A stretch of 61,323 nt of DNA, counting the filler. It is 7 parts of 7 records of this genome, joined end to end, with 100 filler letters (N's around TTAATTAATTAA, not from the genome) between each part and the next. Parts side by side here need not be neighbours in the genome. Positions count along the whole stretch, not along the records: positions 13,425 to 24,853 come from SRR20825006_1471; positions 24,954 to 33,587 come from SRR20825006_1480; 5 more parts are not named here. The stretch is one strand, 5' to 3'. Under the pieces are notes generated by a model. That model saw only the letters and a program-made list of their open reading frames with translations. It did not search any database and was not told the origin of the DNA. A program made the position numbers and the translations under genes. Shown piece by piece: positions 22,936 to 33,104 of the stretch; within the stretch, counting starts at the first letter, position 1; each line of letters begins with the position of its first letter.

Positions 22936-23760
22936 TCAGTGGTAGCTAAACCGAAGCTCGTAATCGCACAGGTAGAAGACGTCGCCTTCGTCGATCTTCT
23001 TCGATTCGATGCGGTTGCCGCGGTATTCGATGCCGTTGGTCGAGCCCAGATCTTTGATGTAGTAGTTCCCGTTATGGAAGATCACGGCGCAGTGTTTGCG
23101 CGAGATGTTACCATCGCGGATCGTGAGGTCGGTTTGCTGGCTGCCACGACCGATGACGAACTTGTCTTTATCGATCGTATAGCGGTTGTTGTTAAAGATC
23201 AGCGAGAGCGGCGCGCGACCACCCGAGGCAAACCCTTGCCCGCCACCGAAGCCACCCTGAGGTTGCTGTGGTTGTTGTGGGGGAGCTTGCTGCCATCCGC
23301 CAGAGTTCGGGCGAGGAGGGGGCGGGGGAGGACCACCCGCGAGACCTCCGGGAGGGGCCGGCGGCGCTGGCGAGTTGCCAAAGCCACCGCCACCGCCACC
23401 ACCGCCGGGGGCAGGAGGTGCAGGGCGCCCTTGCTGCCCGACCGAAGGCATGCGCTCGAAGGTGCGGTGGTTCATGTCACCGCCCTGGAAACCGACGTTG
23501 AAGCGATCGACGGGTTGGCGACCGCCACCTGGGGCGCCGCCGCCGTTAAAACCACCGCCGCCTGGCGCGGGAGGTCCGCCTCCCATACCACCTGGCGCGC
23601 CGTCTGCGTTAAAATCACGGCTGCGCGCGTAGAGGCGCATCGATTCATTGATGAGGTAATCCATCGAACAGCCGAGCTCGTGGGTCATCTGCTCGAAGAG
23701 CTCCCAGAGGTAATCTCGGCAGTAAAAACTGCGCAGCGTCTTGCGGTTTTGATCGGTCAT
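22936..23760 (-). CDS. FHA-domain protein with N-terminal ribbon-helix-helix-like domain and Gly/Pro/Gln linker
   Basis: FHA motifs FVIGRG, ISRKHC, KDLGSTNG; N-terminal RSFYCRDYLWELFEQMTHELGCSMDYLINESMRLY has a beta-alpha-alpha pattern. Confidence 0.85.
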   Translation of the reverse strand: MTDQNRKTLRSFYCRDYLWELFEQMTHELGCSMDYLINESMRLYARSRDFNADGAPGGMGGGPPAPGGGGFNGGGAPGGGRQPVDRFNVGFQGGDMNHRTFERMPSVGQQGRPAPPAPGGGGGGGGFGNSPAPPAPPGGLAGGPPPPPPRPNSGGWQQAPPQQPQQPQGGFGGGQGFASGGRAPLSLIFNNNRYTIDKDKFVIGRGSQQTDLTIRDGNISRKHCAVIFHNGNYYIKDLGSTNGIEYRGNRIESKKIDEGDVFYLCDYELRFSYH

Positions 23761-24040
23761 CGTATTCCCCAGATCACTCGTGAAGATGAACGAGCGTATC
23801 GAAGCCAGACACCGGCTCTTGAAGGCCGATACCATTGACATTGCATTTCCAGGAGGTCACAAACACATGTCTCTCGTGAGCCAAAGCGCGGTCGCATCGA
23901 TTTCATGCGCGCCCTTGCCCTCTCACGAACTGTTGCCGCCCTCCAGGGTTCTCTTGCCACTATACACACGCGATGGATAAATAGCACAACAAAACCCGTG
24001 CTGTGAAGCGGTCGAAACACCTCCTCGCCACGAGATCTTT

Positions 24041-24799
24041 ATGAAGAAGAAGCGCCTCGATATCCTGCTCGTCGATCGTGACCTCGTCCCCTCCAGAAGC
24101 CGCGCTCAGGCTCGTATTATGGCGGGCGATGTCTACGTCCAGGGGCAGCGTTGCGACAAGGCGGGGACCCGCTTCGCTGATGATGTCGCCATCGAGCTGC
24201 GCGGCGACGAGCTCCCCTACGCCTCGCGCGGTGGTCTAAAGCTCGAAGCCGCGCTCGAAGCGTTCGCCTACGATGTCACCGATCGCGTCGTCATCGACGT
24301 GGGCGCCTCCACCGGAGGGTTCACCGACTGCGTCCTGCAACGCGGCGCCGCGCGCGTCTACGCCGTTGACGTCGGCTACGGGCAGCTCGCCTGGAAGCTT
24401 CGCACTGACAACCGCGTCATCAACATCGAACGCACCAACATCCGCCACATGGAGCCCGACGCCATAGAGGAGCGCTGCTCGCTCGCGGTCATCGATTGCT
24501 CCTTTATCGGCCTCGAGAAGGTCCTCCCCAATACCCTGACCTTTCTCGAACCCGACGCCGACGTCATCGCGCTCATCAAACCTCAGTTCGAGGTCGGCCC
24601 CGACGCCGTCGGCAAGGGTGGCGTCGTGCGCGATGAGGACGCCAGACAGGATGGCATCGACCAGGTGATCGCCTCCGCCGCGAACCTCGGGCTAAGACAC
24701 GTCCAGGGGATCGACTGCCCCGTCCATGGCCCCGCCGGAAACGTCGAGTATCTGGCCTGGTTCAAGCGCGTCGAGGGTTTCGTCCTCGAAGAAGAGTAG
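24041..24799 (+). CDS. tlyA: TlyA family rRNA 2'-O-methyltransferase
   Basis: S4 domain RLDILLV, YASRGGLKL, DVGASTGGFTD, VDVGYGQL, LIKPQFE, GNVEYL. Confidence 0.96.
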   Translation: MKKKRLDILLVDRDLVPSRSRAQARIMAGDVYVQGQRCDKAGTRFADDVAIELRGDELPYASRGGLKLEAALEAFAYDVTDRVVIDVGASTGGFTDCVLQRGAARVYAVDVGYGQLAWKLRTDNRVINIERTNIRHMEPDAIEERCSLAVIDCSFIGLEKVLPNTLTFLEPDADVIALIKPQFEVGPDAVGKGGVVRDEDARQDGIDQVIASAANLGLRHVQGIDCPVHGPAGNVEYLAWFKRVEGFVLEEE

Positions 24800-25067
24800 G
24801 GCGCGATCAGGTGGCTTTTTAAACGTTGGAGTTTTGCGTGTAGCGACGGTTTANNNNNNNNNNNNNNNNNNNNNNNNNNNNNNNNNNNNNNNNNNNNTTA
24901 ATTAATTAANNNNNNNNNNNNNNNNNNNNNNNNNNNNNNNNNNNNNNNNNNNNCTTCATCTTGCCAGATAAACTCCGGGGACGGCGCGCCAGCGCCGGGG
25001 GCAGAGCCCCAAAGGCAACGTCGCGTCCTGCTTGACGCAAAGGGCCTGCACACCCCACGCTTGCCCC

Positions 25068-26027
25068 ATGACACCCGGCAAAGCCTATCTGACCAGCGAC
25101 GAGATTCGCCCCCTTACCCAACGCTCGAACCTGATGGGCGCTTGGCTGGTGGCGCATTGCTGGGGCACGATTGCACTGGCGATCGGCCTGTTCGCGCTGT
25201 GGCCCAATCCGGTCACGTTCCTGCTGGCGGTGATTCTGATTGGCTCGCGGCAACTGGGTCTGGCGATCCTGATGCACGAGGCCGCGCACAACGCCCTGTT
25301 CAAATCCCGCAAGCTGAACGACTGGGTCGGCGAATGGCTGTGCGGGTGGCCGATCATGGCAGACCTGCACGCCTATCGGCACTATCACCTGACGCATCAT
25401 CGTTTCACCCAGACCGACAAGGACCCCGACCTGGTCCTCAGCGAGAAGTTCCCGACCAGCCATGCATCGATGCAGCGCAAGTTTCTGCGCGATCTGACCG
25501 GACAGACGGGGGTCAAGCAACTGCTCGGGCAGATCATGATGTTCATCCGGCTTGCGGGCGACGACGACGCCATTGATGCGGCCAAATCAAAATCGGCGCA
25601 GGCGTTCAAATCCAACATGCTGGGCCGCGCCTTTCCGGTGTTCATCGGCATTGCCGTTGCCATCGGCCTGATCGGAGACTGGTGGTGGGGGCTGACGTTC
25701 TGGCTGCTGCCCTATCTGACGTGGTTCCAGTTTGTCCTGCGCGTGCGCAACATTGCCGAACATGGCGCCGTCGAGCGGTCGGAAAATCCGCTGCAAAACG
25801 TGCGCACGACCCATGCGGGGCCCGTCGCCCGCGCGCTGGTGGCGCCCTATTACGTCAACTACCATCTGGAGCATCACATGGTGATGCATGTGCCCTGCTG
25901 GCAGCTGCCCAAGATGCACGCGCTGCTGATAGACAAGGGGCTGGGCGACAGGATGCGCACCGCCCCCAGCTACCGCGCCGCGATGATGGAAGCGGGCTGG
26001 CGCAGTGCGCCGCCGAAGTCAGTTTAA
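25068..26027 (+). CDS. Membrane fatty acid desaturase family protein
   Basis: His boxes HEAAH, HLTHH, YHLEHH plus TM segments. Confidence 0.9.
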   Translation: MTPGKAYLTSDEIRPLTQRSNLMGAWLVAHCWGTIALAIGLFALWPNPVTFLLAVILIGSRQLGLAILMHEAAHNALFKSRKLNDWVGEWLCGWPIMADLHAYRHYHLTHHRFTQTDKDPDLVLSEKFPTSHASMQRKFLRDLTGQTGVKQLLGQIMMFIRLAGDDDAIDAAKSKSAQAFKSNMLGRAFPVFIGIAVAIGLIGDWWWGLTFWLLPYLTWFQFVLRVRNIAEHGAVERSENPLQNVRTTHAGPVARALVAPYYVNYHLEHHMVMHVPCWQLPKMHALLIDKGLGDRMRTAPSYRAAMMEAGWRSAPPKSV

Positions 26028-26034
26028 GGCCGTT

Positions 26035-26928
26035 TCAGATCCACTTGGCCAGCGGTGGCAGGCTCATCAGCACCGCGTTGGCATCATGGCCGGTTTCCAG
26101 ACCGAATTTGGTCCCACGGTCATAGACGAGGTTGTATTCGGCATAGAGGCCACGGTGCACCAGCTGTGCGTCCTTGTCGGCCTCGTCCCACGGCATCACC
26201 CGCCGCGTGGCCACCAGCGGCACAAAGGCCGGCAGGAAGGCCCGCCCGATGTCCTGGGTCAGGGCGAAATCAGCCGTCCAGTTGCCAGTCGAATGATCGT
26301 CCATAAAGATACCGCCCACGCCGCGCGCCCGCTTGCGGTGGGGGATGTAGAAATATTCATCCGCCCATGCCTTCAGACGCGGGTACAGGTCGTTGCCATG
26401 CGGGTCCAGATGCGTCTGTTGCGTGGCGTGGAAATGGGCTGTGTCCTCGGCATATTCGATACAGGGGTTCAGGTCGGAGCCGCCACCGAACCACCATGCG
26501 TGCGGGGTCCAGAACATGCGGGTGTTCATATGCACAGCAGGTGCGTGGGGGTTCTGCATATGGGCGACCAGACTGATGCCCGATGCCCAAAAGCGCGGAT
26601 CGTCCTTCATCCCCGGGATACCCTTGCGCGCGGCCATGGCATTTTGTGCCCGCTCGCCCAGCGTGCCGTAAACGGTCGACACGTTCACGCCAACCTTTTC
26701 GAACACGCGGCCCCCGCGCATCACGCTCATCAGCCCGCCACCCGCGTCCGAACCGTCGTCCGAGGCGCGCTTTGTCTCGGTCACCTCGAAGGCACCAGGA
26801 GCCGCGTCGGACAGCGGGCCGGTGTCGTGGCTTTGTTCAAGCCCTTCGAACGCGGCGACAATCTCGTCTCGCAGGGCGCGGAACCATGCGCTGGCCTGCG
26901 CCTTTTGGGCGGTGAATTCGTCAGTCAT
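26035..26928 (-). CDS. hemF: Oxygen-dependent coproporphyrinogen III oxidase
   Basis: FEKVGVNVS, NPHAPAVHMNTR, WFGGGSDL, RGVGGIF, EYNLVYDRGTKFGL. Confidence 0.97.
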   Translation of the reverse strand: MTDEFTAQKAQASAWFRALRDEIVAAFEGLEQSHDTGPLSDAAPGAFEVTETKRASDDGSDAGGGLMSVMRGGRVFEKVGVNVSTVYGTLGERAQNAMAARKGIPGMKDDPRFWASGISLVAHMQNPHAPAVHMNTRMFWTPHAWWFGGGSDLNPCIEYAEDTAHFHATQQTHLDPHGNDLYPRLKAWADEYFYIPHRKRARGVGGIFMDDHSTGNWTADFALTQDIGRAFLPAFVPLVATRRVMPWDEADKDAQLVHRGLYAEYNLVYDRGTKFGLETGHDANAVLMSLPPLAKWI

Positions 26929-26937
26929 GGATACGCC

Positions 26938-27738
26938 TTAATGTGCCGGTGCGCGGACCGGGTCCAACAGGCTGCGCCCGCCGTCCACGGTGATCGTCTC
27001 GCCGGTGATGAACCCCGCGCCTTCGGATGCCAGAAACTGCACAGCGTCCACCAGTTCGCTGGGGCTGGCGATCCGTTCCAGCGGAGTGTGGTTTTCGATG
27101 TCTTCGCGCCATTCACGGTGGTCCATGATCGACGACTTGAGCGAGGCAGACATGACCGACCCGAACGCCACCGCGTTCACCCGGATGCGGTCGTGGGCCA
27201 GCGCCAGCGCCATCGAGCGGGTCATCTGTTCCAGCGCCGCCGAGGCGATGGAATAGCCCAGCAGCTCGGGGCGGGTGTGGCGGGCGGCGATGGACGACAG
27301 GTTTATGATCGAACCCACCTGCCCCTCGGTCTGCCCTTCGGCCTGTTTGATCATGCGCCGCGCAACCTGCTGCGTCAGACGCAAAGAGGTCATAAGGTTT
27401 TGTTCCAACAACGTTTCCACGCTGGTGTCATCCACGTCCAGCGCATCCGTTGGCATCACCTGGCGCGAAGCGTTGACCAGAATGTCAACGCCGTCAAAGG
27501 CGTCGATGGTGGCCGAAACAAGGTTGGCGATGGTCAGACGCTGGCGCAGGTCCCCGGCGAAATAGCGTGTTTTGCCTTCGTCCGTCTTGTCGCCCAGCTG
27601 CTGGATCAGCGCCTTTTCATCCATGTCGGCGCACATCACGTTGGCGCCCTTGTCGGCGAACTGTCGTGCGATGGCCAGGCCGATACCGTTGGCCGCCCCC
27701 GTCACGATCGCCGTCTTGCCTGAAATCGAAAATGACAT
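26938..27738 (-). CDS. Short-chain dehydrogenase/reductase
   Basis: TGAANGIG, IINLSS, RVNAVAFG, FITGETITVDGG; catalytic YxxxK appears as YSIAS. Confidence 0.92.
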   Translation of the reverse strand: MSFSISGKTAIVTGAANGIGLAIARQFADKGANVMCADMDEKALIQQLGDKTDEGKTRYFAGDLRQRLTIANLVSATIDAFDGVDILVNASRQVMPTDALDVDDTSVETLLEQNLMTSLRLTQQVARRMIKQAEGQTEGQVGSIINLSSIAARHTRPELLGYSIASAALEQMTRSMALALAHDRIRVNAVAFGSVMSASLKSSIMDHREWREDIENHTPLERIASPSELVDAVQFLASEGAGFITGETITVDGGRSLLDPVRAPAH

Positions 27739-27748
27739 CGCCTGATCC

Positions 27749-28717
27749 TTATGTCCTGCGTCTGGGCTTGGTCGCCCGCGTCAATTTGAACCGTCCGTCG
27801 CCGCCCATGTCCTCGACGCGGGCAAACTGTTGTTCCAGCGCCGTCTCGTAAGGCAGATGGCGGTTCGCAACCATCCACAAGCTGCCCTGCGGGGTCAACA
27901 CCCGTGCTGCCGCCGCCACGAATGCCTGCCCCAGCGACGGGTCGGCATTGCGTGTAGTATGGAAAGGCGGGTTCATCACAACCGTGTCGATGCGCCCGTT
28001 TGGTGTCCAGCGTGTCGCGTCCACCCAATGATACTGTGCGCGCGGGTCCGTCACATTGCGTTTTGCACATTCCAGCGCAATGTGGTGCGCCTCGACCAGA
28101 TGCACGGCCTCGACATCACTGCGGGTCAGGATGTGCGCTGAAAGAAAGCCCCAGCCCGCCCCCAGATCGGCAACCTGTTTGCCCAGCTTCTCGGGCAAGG
28201 CTGCCGCCAGCATTTCAGACGCCGGATCAATGCCATCGGCCGAAAACACACCCGGAGCGGTCCAGAAGCCGCCGTCGGTCAATGCCGGTCCCTGGGCCCA
28301 ATCCGCAAACGCATCCGAGGATTTCATCCAGAACAGCTTGCCATGTGCCTTGTTGATCGCCTCGGTCACCTCGGCGCGCTTGCGCATCTCCTTGCGGATG
28401 CTGTCGATGCCGTCGGTCTTCTGACCATCGATCACGACCGGGCCATCCGTCACGGCGCAGGCCTGCGCAATCAGAACATGCGCCTCGGATTTGGCGCGCG
28501 GCACACAGACCACGGCGGCGTCATAGCGTCCTTCGGGGGCCGTCCGGCAGGTCAGACCCATGCTTTCGAAATGGTCATGAACGGGGCGCAGGGGCGAAAT
28601 GACCTCGCAGCCTGCGAGCGCGCTCAGATCCGCGCCGACAGCAGGCGCGAAAACGGCGATGCGCCCGGACGCATCGAAACCCGCATCGACTGCCAAAGGC
28701 AACCGCGCGCCGATCAT
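27749..28717 (-). CDS. RsmC-like class I SAM methyltransferase (MTS family)
   Basis: APGVFSADGID, DLGAGWG, VMNPPFH, VANRHLPYE. Confidence 0.88.
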   Translation of the reverse strand: MIGARLPLAVDAGFDASGRIAVFAPAVGADLSALAGCEVISPLRPVHDHFESMGLTCRTAPEGRYDAAVVCVPRAKSEAHVLIAQACAVTDGPVVIDGQKTDGIDSIRKEMRKRAEVTEAINKAHGKLFWMKSSDAFADWAQGPALTDGGFWTAPGVFSADGIDPASEMLAAALPEKLGKQVADLGAGWGFLSAHILTRSDVEAVHLVEAHHIALECAKRNVTDPRAQYHWVDATRWTPNGRIDTVVMNPPFHTTRNADPSLGQAFVAAAARVLTPQGSLWMVANRHLPYETALEQQFARVEDMGGDGRFKLTRATKPRRRT

Positions 28718-28802
28718 TGCGCAACCTGTTGAAATGTCATCAAAACCTCATCACGCTTCCCCGTCAGGTAAACGCATTCATGACTGTGCGAACACATCGC
28801 GC

Positions 28803-29156
28803 TCAGTCTTCTTTTTCCATGGTGCATTGCAGCGGATGCTGGTGACGCCGGGCGAAATCCATGACCTGTGCCACTTTGGTCTCGGCAATCTCGTGGCTGA
28901 ACACGCCGACGACGGCCAGTCCCTTTTTGTGAACGGTCAGCATGATCTCGAACGCCTGCGCGTGGTTCAGGCCAAAGAACCGTTCCAGCACCAGAACCAC
29001 GAATTCCATCGGCGTGTAGTCGTCGTTCAGCAACATCACCTTGTACAACGGAGGCCGCTTTGTTTTCGGCTTGGTTTCGGTGATGACAGAGCTGTCGCCC
29101 TCGTCGTCCCCTTTGCCCGCCATCATATGCGCCTGTCCGAGTTTCAAAGCCGTCAC
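28803..29156 (-). CDS. clpS: ATP-dependent Clp protease adaptor
   Basis: [31 protein letters not shown]; alternative start at 29126. Confidence 0.97.
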   Translation of the reverse strand: MTALKLGQAHMMAGKGDDEGDSSVITETKPKTKRPPLYKVMLLNDDYTPMEFVVLVLERFFGLNHAQAFEIMLTVHKKGLAVVGVFSHEIAETKVAQVMDFARRHQHPLQCTMEKED

Positions 29157-29228
29157 CCAAATCCGTTGTCAGTCTCTGTCGCCTCTATATAACGTCCATG
29201 CGCCCCATGAAAAGAGGCAGTCCCGGCT

Positions 29229-29927
29229 ATGGCTCAAACCTTAACAACTATTGCCTTCGATGCTGACGATACGCTGTGGCACAACGAGCGTTTCTTCAAG
29301 CTGACACAGGAACGGTTTGCCGCCCTTTTGGCGCCGCATACCGATGCCGATGGGCTGATGCCGCGCCTGCTGGAGGCCGAGCGGCGCAACATCCGGCACT
29401 ATGGCTTTGGCATCAAGGGTTTCATGCTGTCGATGATTGAGACGGCGCTTGAAGTAACCGACAACGCCGTGCCGGGCGCCGTCATTGCCGAGCTTATCGC
29501 CGCAGGACAGGACATGTTGCAGCATCCCGTCGATCTGCTGCCCCATGCCGCCGAGGCGTTGCGCGCAGCGCAGGCCATTGGTCCGGTGCTGTTGATCACC
29601 AAGGGCGATTTGCTGGACCAGGAACGCAAGATCGCCCAATCGGGACTGGGCGACGTGTTCGACGCGGTGCAGATCGTGTCCGCCAAGACGCCCGAAACCT
29701 ATACCCGCATATTCGACGCCTATGATGGTGCGGCGCGCGGCATGATGATTGGCAATTCGATGGCTTCTGACGTCCGCCCGATGCTGGAAGCAGGCGGCTG
29801 GGCGGTGCATGTGCCGCACGATTTACTGTGGGATCTGGAACACGCCGAACGCCCGGAAGGTCATCCCCGATTCCACGAAATCCCGGATCTGGGTGCGCTG
29901 CCCGACCTGCTCTCGCGCACAGGCTGA
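29229..29927 (+). CDS. HAD-family hydrolase
   Basis: FDADDTLW motif I, ITKGD, MIGNSMASD. Confidence 0.9.
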   Translation: MAQTLTTIAFDADDTLWHNERFFKLTQERFAALLAPHTDADGLMPRLLEAERRNIRHYGFGIKGFMLSMIETALEVTDNAVPGAVIAELIAAGQDMLQHPVDLLPHAAEALRAAQAIGPVLLITKGDLLDQERKIAQSGLGDVFDAVQIVSAKTPETYTRIFDAYDGAARGMMIGNSMASDVRPMLEAGGWAVHVPHDLLWDLEHAERPEGHPRFHEIPDLGALPDLLSRTG

Positions 29928-30143
29928 TTTCCGCCGCCAACCCGCCACATTCCGAACACATTACTTGGTGTGGACACGCTTGACGGATCAACCCCTACAT
30001 ATGGCTGAATGCCGTCGGCGGATTTCCAGTTTCCCCTTTATTATAAGGGTTTATTACACATTCAACCTATGCTAGCCTGAAAGTAATAAATCGGCCACTC
30101 GAACAAATCGAGGGCCACGAGGCAGATAAAAGGCAGGTTTCCA

Positions 30144-31634
30144 GTGAAGGTTCGGCGCGCTCAGCCGGCCCGTTTAGGGCTATTTCTATTCGTCGCATTC
30201 TGGATGCTGGTGGTTCTTCCGCTCAGCGCCATTGCTGCGCCCTATGCCGCTTATGTGATCGACGCCCGCACGGGCGAGGTCCTGCACGAGCAGAACGCCA
30301 ACGCGCGCCTGCATCCTGCCTCGCTGACCAAGATGATGACCCTCTATATCGCCTTCGAAGCTGTCCAGAAGGGCGAGATTTCGATGGACACGATGGTGAC
30401 CGTCTCGAAGAAAGCCGCCTCGGAAGAGCCGTCCAAACTGGGTCTGCGCCCAGGGCAAAAGATCAAGCTGCGCTACCTGGTGCGCGCCGCTGCGGTAAAG
30501 TCCGCAAACGATGCCGCCACAGCGATCGGCGAGGGCATCAGCGGATCAGAGGCCGCTTTTGCGCGCCGTATGAACCGCACAGCCAAAAAGATGGGGATGA
30601 CCCGCACCACCTTCAAGAACGCCAACGGTCTGACCGAAGAGGGCCACCTGAGCACGGCCCACGACATGACCATTCTGGGCCGTCACCTGCTGTATGACTT
30701 TCCCGAATACTACAACCTGTTCTCGCGCACCTCGGCGGATGCGGGCGGCAAGACCGTCTATCACACCAACCGCCGCTTTCTGGCGTCCTACAAAGGCGCC
30801 GACGGGATCAAGACCGGCTATACCCGTGCCGCGGGGTTCAACCTGACGGCCTCGGCGCAACGTGGAAACGAACGCATCATCGCAACCGTGTTTGGCGGCA
30901 AATCCACAGCCTCGCGCAACGCCAAGGTTGCCGAACTGATGGACCTGGGCTTCCGCCGCGCGCCCAGCAACGCGCCGGTGCGCAAACCTGACACACCTGC
31001 ATATTCCGCTGAATCCGTCGTGGTCGCCAGCAATGGCGAGGCTCCACAAGGCGCGGGCAAAACCATTCGCGTCACAGGTGCCGTCACCCGCAGCCTGCGC
31101 CCCTCTCTGCGTCCCGGCGAGACGCCGCAGCCGGTTCTGGTGGCCCAGGCACCCCCGCCACCCGTTGTGTCGCCCACCGACATCGCGGCCGCTTTGGTCG
31201 AGGCACAGGCCGCAGCGATCGCCGACGCCAAACCTGTCACCGTGGCCAAGGTCGCGCCCAAGACAACTTCGGTGCGGCCCGAAGCGCGCCCCGAAGACGT
31301 GGTTCTGGCCAGCGTCGATACATCAGCCGCCGCCACAACGGCCATCGCGACCGAGACAGAGCCCGAAGTCGTCACCCGCCTGTCCACCTCGGGCGGGCAC
31401 CATTGGGGTGTGAACGTGGGCCGCTATCCCAGCCACTATGCGGCCGAAAAGGTATTGCTGAAAACCGCCCTGTCGGAAATGGCCACGCTGGATGGCGCAC
31501 TGCGCAAGGTCGTGCGTCGCCCCCAAGGTTACGAGGCGCATTTCGTTGGCATGACCCGAGACACCGCCGATCTGGCCTGCCGCAGGCTGCAAGCTCGCAA
31601 CGTCACCTGCTTTATGGTCGGCCCTGCGTCCTGA
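30144..31634 (+). CDS. D-alanyl-D-alanine carboxypeptidase (S11) with C-terminal SPOR-like domain
   Basis: PASLTK (SxxK), SAN (SxN), KTG; C-terminal WGVNVGRY...ACRRL. Confidence 0.92.
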   Translation: MKVRRAQPARLGLFLFVAFWMLVVLPLSAIAAPYAAYVIDARTGEVLHEQNANARLHPASLTKMMTLYIAFEAVQKGEISMDTMVTVSKKAASEEPSKLGLRPGQKIKLRYLVRAAAVKSANDAATAIGEGISGSEAAFARRMNRTAKKMGMTRTTFKNANGLTEEGHLSTAHDMTILGRHLLYDFPEYYNLFSRTSADAGGKTVYHTNRRFLASYKGADGIKTGYTRAAGFNLTASAQRGNERIIATVFGGKSTASRNAKVAELMDLGFRRAPSNAPVRKPDTPAYSAESVVVASNGEAPQGAGKTIRVTGAVTRSLRPSLRPGETPQPVLVAQAPPPPVVSPTDIAAALVEAQAAAIADAKPVTVAKVAPKTTSVRPEARPEDVVLASVDTSAAATTAIATETEPEVVTRLSTSGGHHWGVNVGRYPSHYAAEKVLLKTALSEMATLDGALRKVVRRPQGYEAHFVGMTRDTADLACRRLQARNVTCFMVGPAS

Positions 31635-31637
31635 TCT

Positions 31638-32513
31638 CTACGCTGGCACCTGACGGGCCAGCCAGCGCACAAAGGTGCGCAACCCCGGCCGCATGACGCC
31701 GGGCCGCGTCACCAGATGATAGCCCGCTCCTGCCCGCGGCTCTTCAAACAACTGCACCAGACGCCCTTCTGCGATATCCGCCTCGACAAAGGCACGCACG
31801 GTCACGGCGATCCCTTGCCCGCCCCGCGCCGCATCCAGCACCAGATTGCCCGGCATCTGCATGTAGGCCCCCACCGCGCCCTGTTCGACACCATGATTGT
31901 GCAGCCACGTGGTGCTTTCTGTCGTGCCCAGTTCTTCCAGCCACGGCAAACAGGCCAGATCGGCGGGGCTGTTCACGGGTCGCCCTGCGATCAGCGTGGG
32001 GGCCGCGACCACGACGATGGGCGATTCCACCAGCATCTGACAGGTATAGTTCCCCCACGGCCCGACCCCGTAGCGGATTGCCAGATCAATTCCGCCGGGG
32101 CTGAGATCGGCAAGCTTGGGCGTCGGGTCGATCAACAGCTTGATCCCCGGATAATCCGCCTGAAACGCGGGCAATCGCGGCATCAGCCAGGAGGCCGCAA
32201 AGGTCGGCGTGGTCGACACATGCACCGCGCGCGCATCGCTGACGCCGGTGATGTCTTCGACTGTGCGGGCGATATTGCCGAACCCCTCACTGCACGCCTG
32301 CGCCAGCGCGGCACCTGCCTCTGTCAGCTCCAGCTTGCGGCCTGTCCGGTCCACAAGCGGCACGCCCAGATGGCCCTCAAGGCTGCGGATTTGCTGGCTG
32401 ACGGCGGCATGGCTGACGCCCAGCGTGTCGCCTGCCCCCACCAATGTGCCCTTTTCGGCAAAGGCCGCAAAAGCCCGCAGCGCGGCAAGCGGCGGCATGT
32501 GTCGCCAATCCAT
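31638..32513 (-). CDS. LysR-family regulator (GcvA-like)
   Basis: MPPLAALRAF...GVSHAAVSQQIRSLE HTH, WLMPRLPAF, DLAIRYG; start MDWRH at 32513. Confidence 0.93.
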   Translation of the reverse strand: MDWRHMPPLAALRAFAAFAEKGTLVGAGDTLGVSHAAVSQQIRSLEGHLGVPLVDRTGRKLELTEAGAALAQACSEGFGNIARTVEDITGVSDARAVHVSTTPTFAASWLMPRLPAFQADYPGIKLLIDPTPKLADLSPGGIDLAIRYGVGPWGNYTCQMLVESPIVVVAAPTLIAGRPVNSPADLACLPWLEELGTTESTTWLHNHGVEQGAVGAYMQMPGNLVLDAARGGQGIAVTVRAFVEADIAEGRLVQLFEEPRAGAGYHLVTRPGVMRPGLRTFVRWLARQVPA

Positions 32514-32614
32514 ATTAAACCTCAGCTTACATAACGAAAATCCAATTGAGTCGCATGATCCGCGTGTTGAGCCCATGTTTCAAGCACACAAGCTCAACAC
32601 CGAAGGAAAACATC

Positions 32615-32770
32615 ATGCTTACAATTCTTGCAGATACTTTCAGAACCGCAACCCGGACCGAAAAGATGCGGGTTTATGACACCCCGGACAAAACCCCGCG
32701 CAAGCGCTGGCTTCCCAAGGGACACTGGTTCGTGCAACCGCCACGTGACACAGATCCAACCGAGCTGTGA
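32615..32770 (+). CDS. Small hypothetical protein (51 aa), divergent from the LysR gene
   Basis: GAAGGA RBS; MLTILADTFRTATR... Confidence 0.6.
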   Translation: MLTILADTFRTATRTEKMRVYDTPDKTPRKRWLPKGHWFVQPPRDTDPTEL

Positions 32771-32943
32771 GTGGATGGATGGCGGACCTGAACGCGCGGA
32801 TCCCTGCGGCGTCTCACATTGCGCCGCGAACCGGCACGCCTTGCGCAGATTCTGGCCTATTGTGAAAAACATTGCCTGACCCGCGACGGAATAGCTGCTC
32901 TGTTGCGTTATACTCTCAACCAACGCAAAAAGGAGTGCACGGC

Positions 32944-33093
32944 ATGAAAACTTTCATCATGGCTATCGGCCTGACAGTTGCGCTGACTTTGGGCGTGGTG
33001 GCGGTCAATCTGCCGAAAGAACAACCCGAAACGTGGCTGGCGGCCCTGCAGGTGCCTGCGGTCCAGACCTCTATCTTGACGTCAGTACAATAA
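32944..33093 (+). CDS. Small membrane/secreted protein (49 aa)
   Basis: AGGAG RBS; hydrophobic N-terminus MKTFIMAIGLTVALTLGVVAV. Confidence 0.6.
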   Translation: MKTFIMAIGLTVALTLGVVAVNLPKEQPETWLAALQVPAVQTSILTSVQ

Positions 33094-33104
33094 ACCCCGA
33101 CGCC

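Noticed and set aside
23230-23610. GC-rich CCGCCA/GGC repeats
   Set aside because: They encode the Gly/Pro linker of the FHA protein; not a separate repeat element.
24954-25015. Palindromic GC-rich stretch at the contig start (similar case at 46900-46930)
   Set aside because: Probably Roseobacter REP-like repeats that broke the assembly, but truncated and single-copy here, so they cannot be supported.
26005-27723. 572-aa plus-strand ORF
   Set aside because: Antisense shadow of hemF and the SDR gene.
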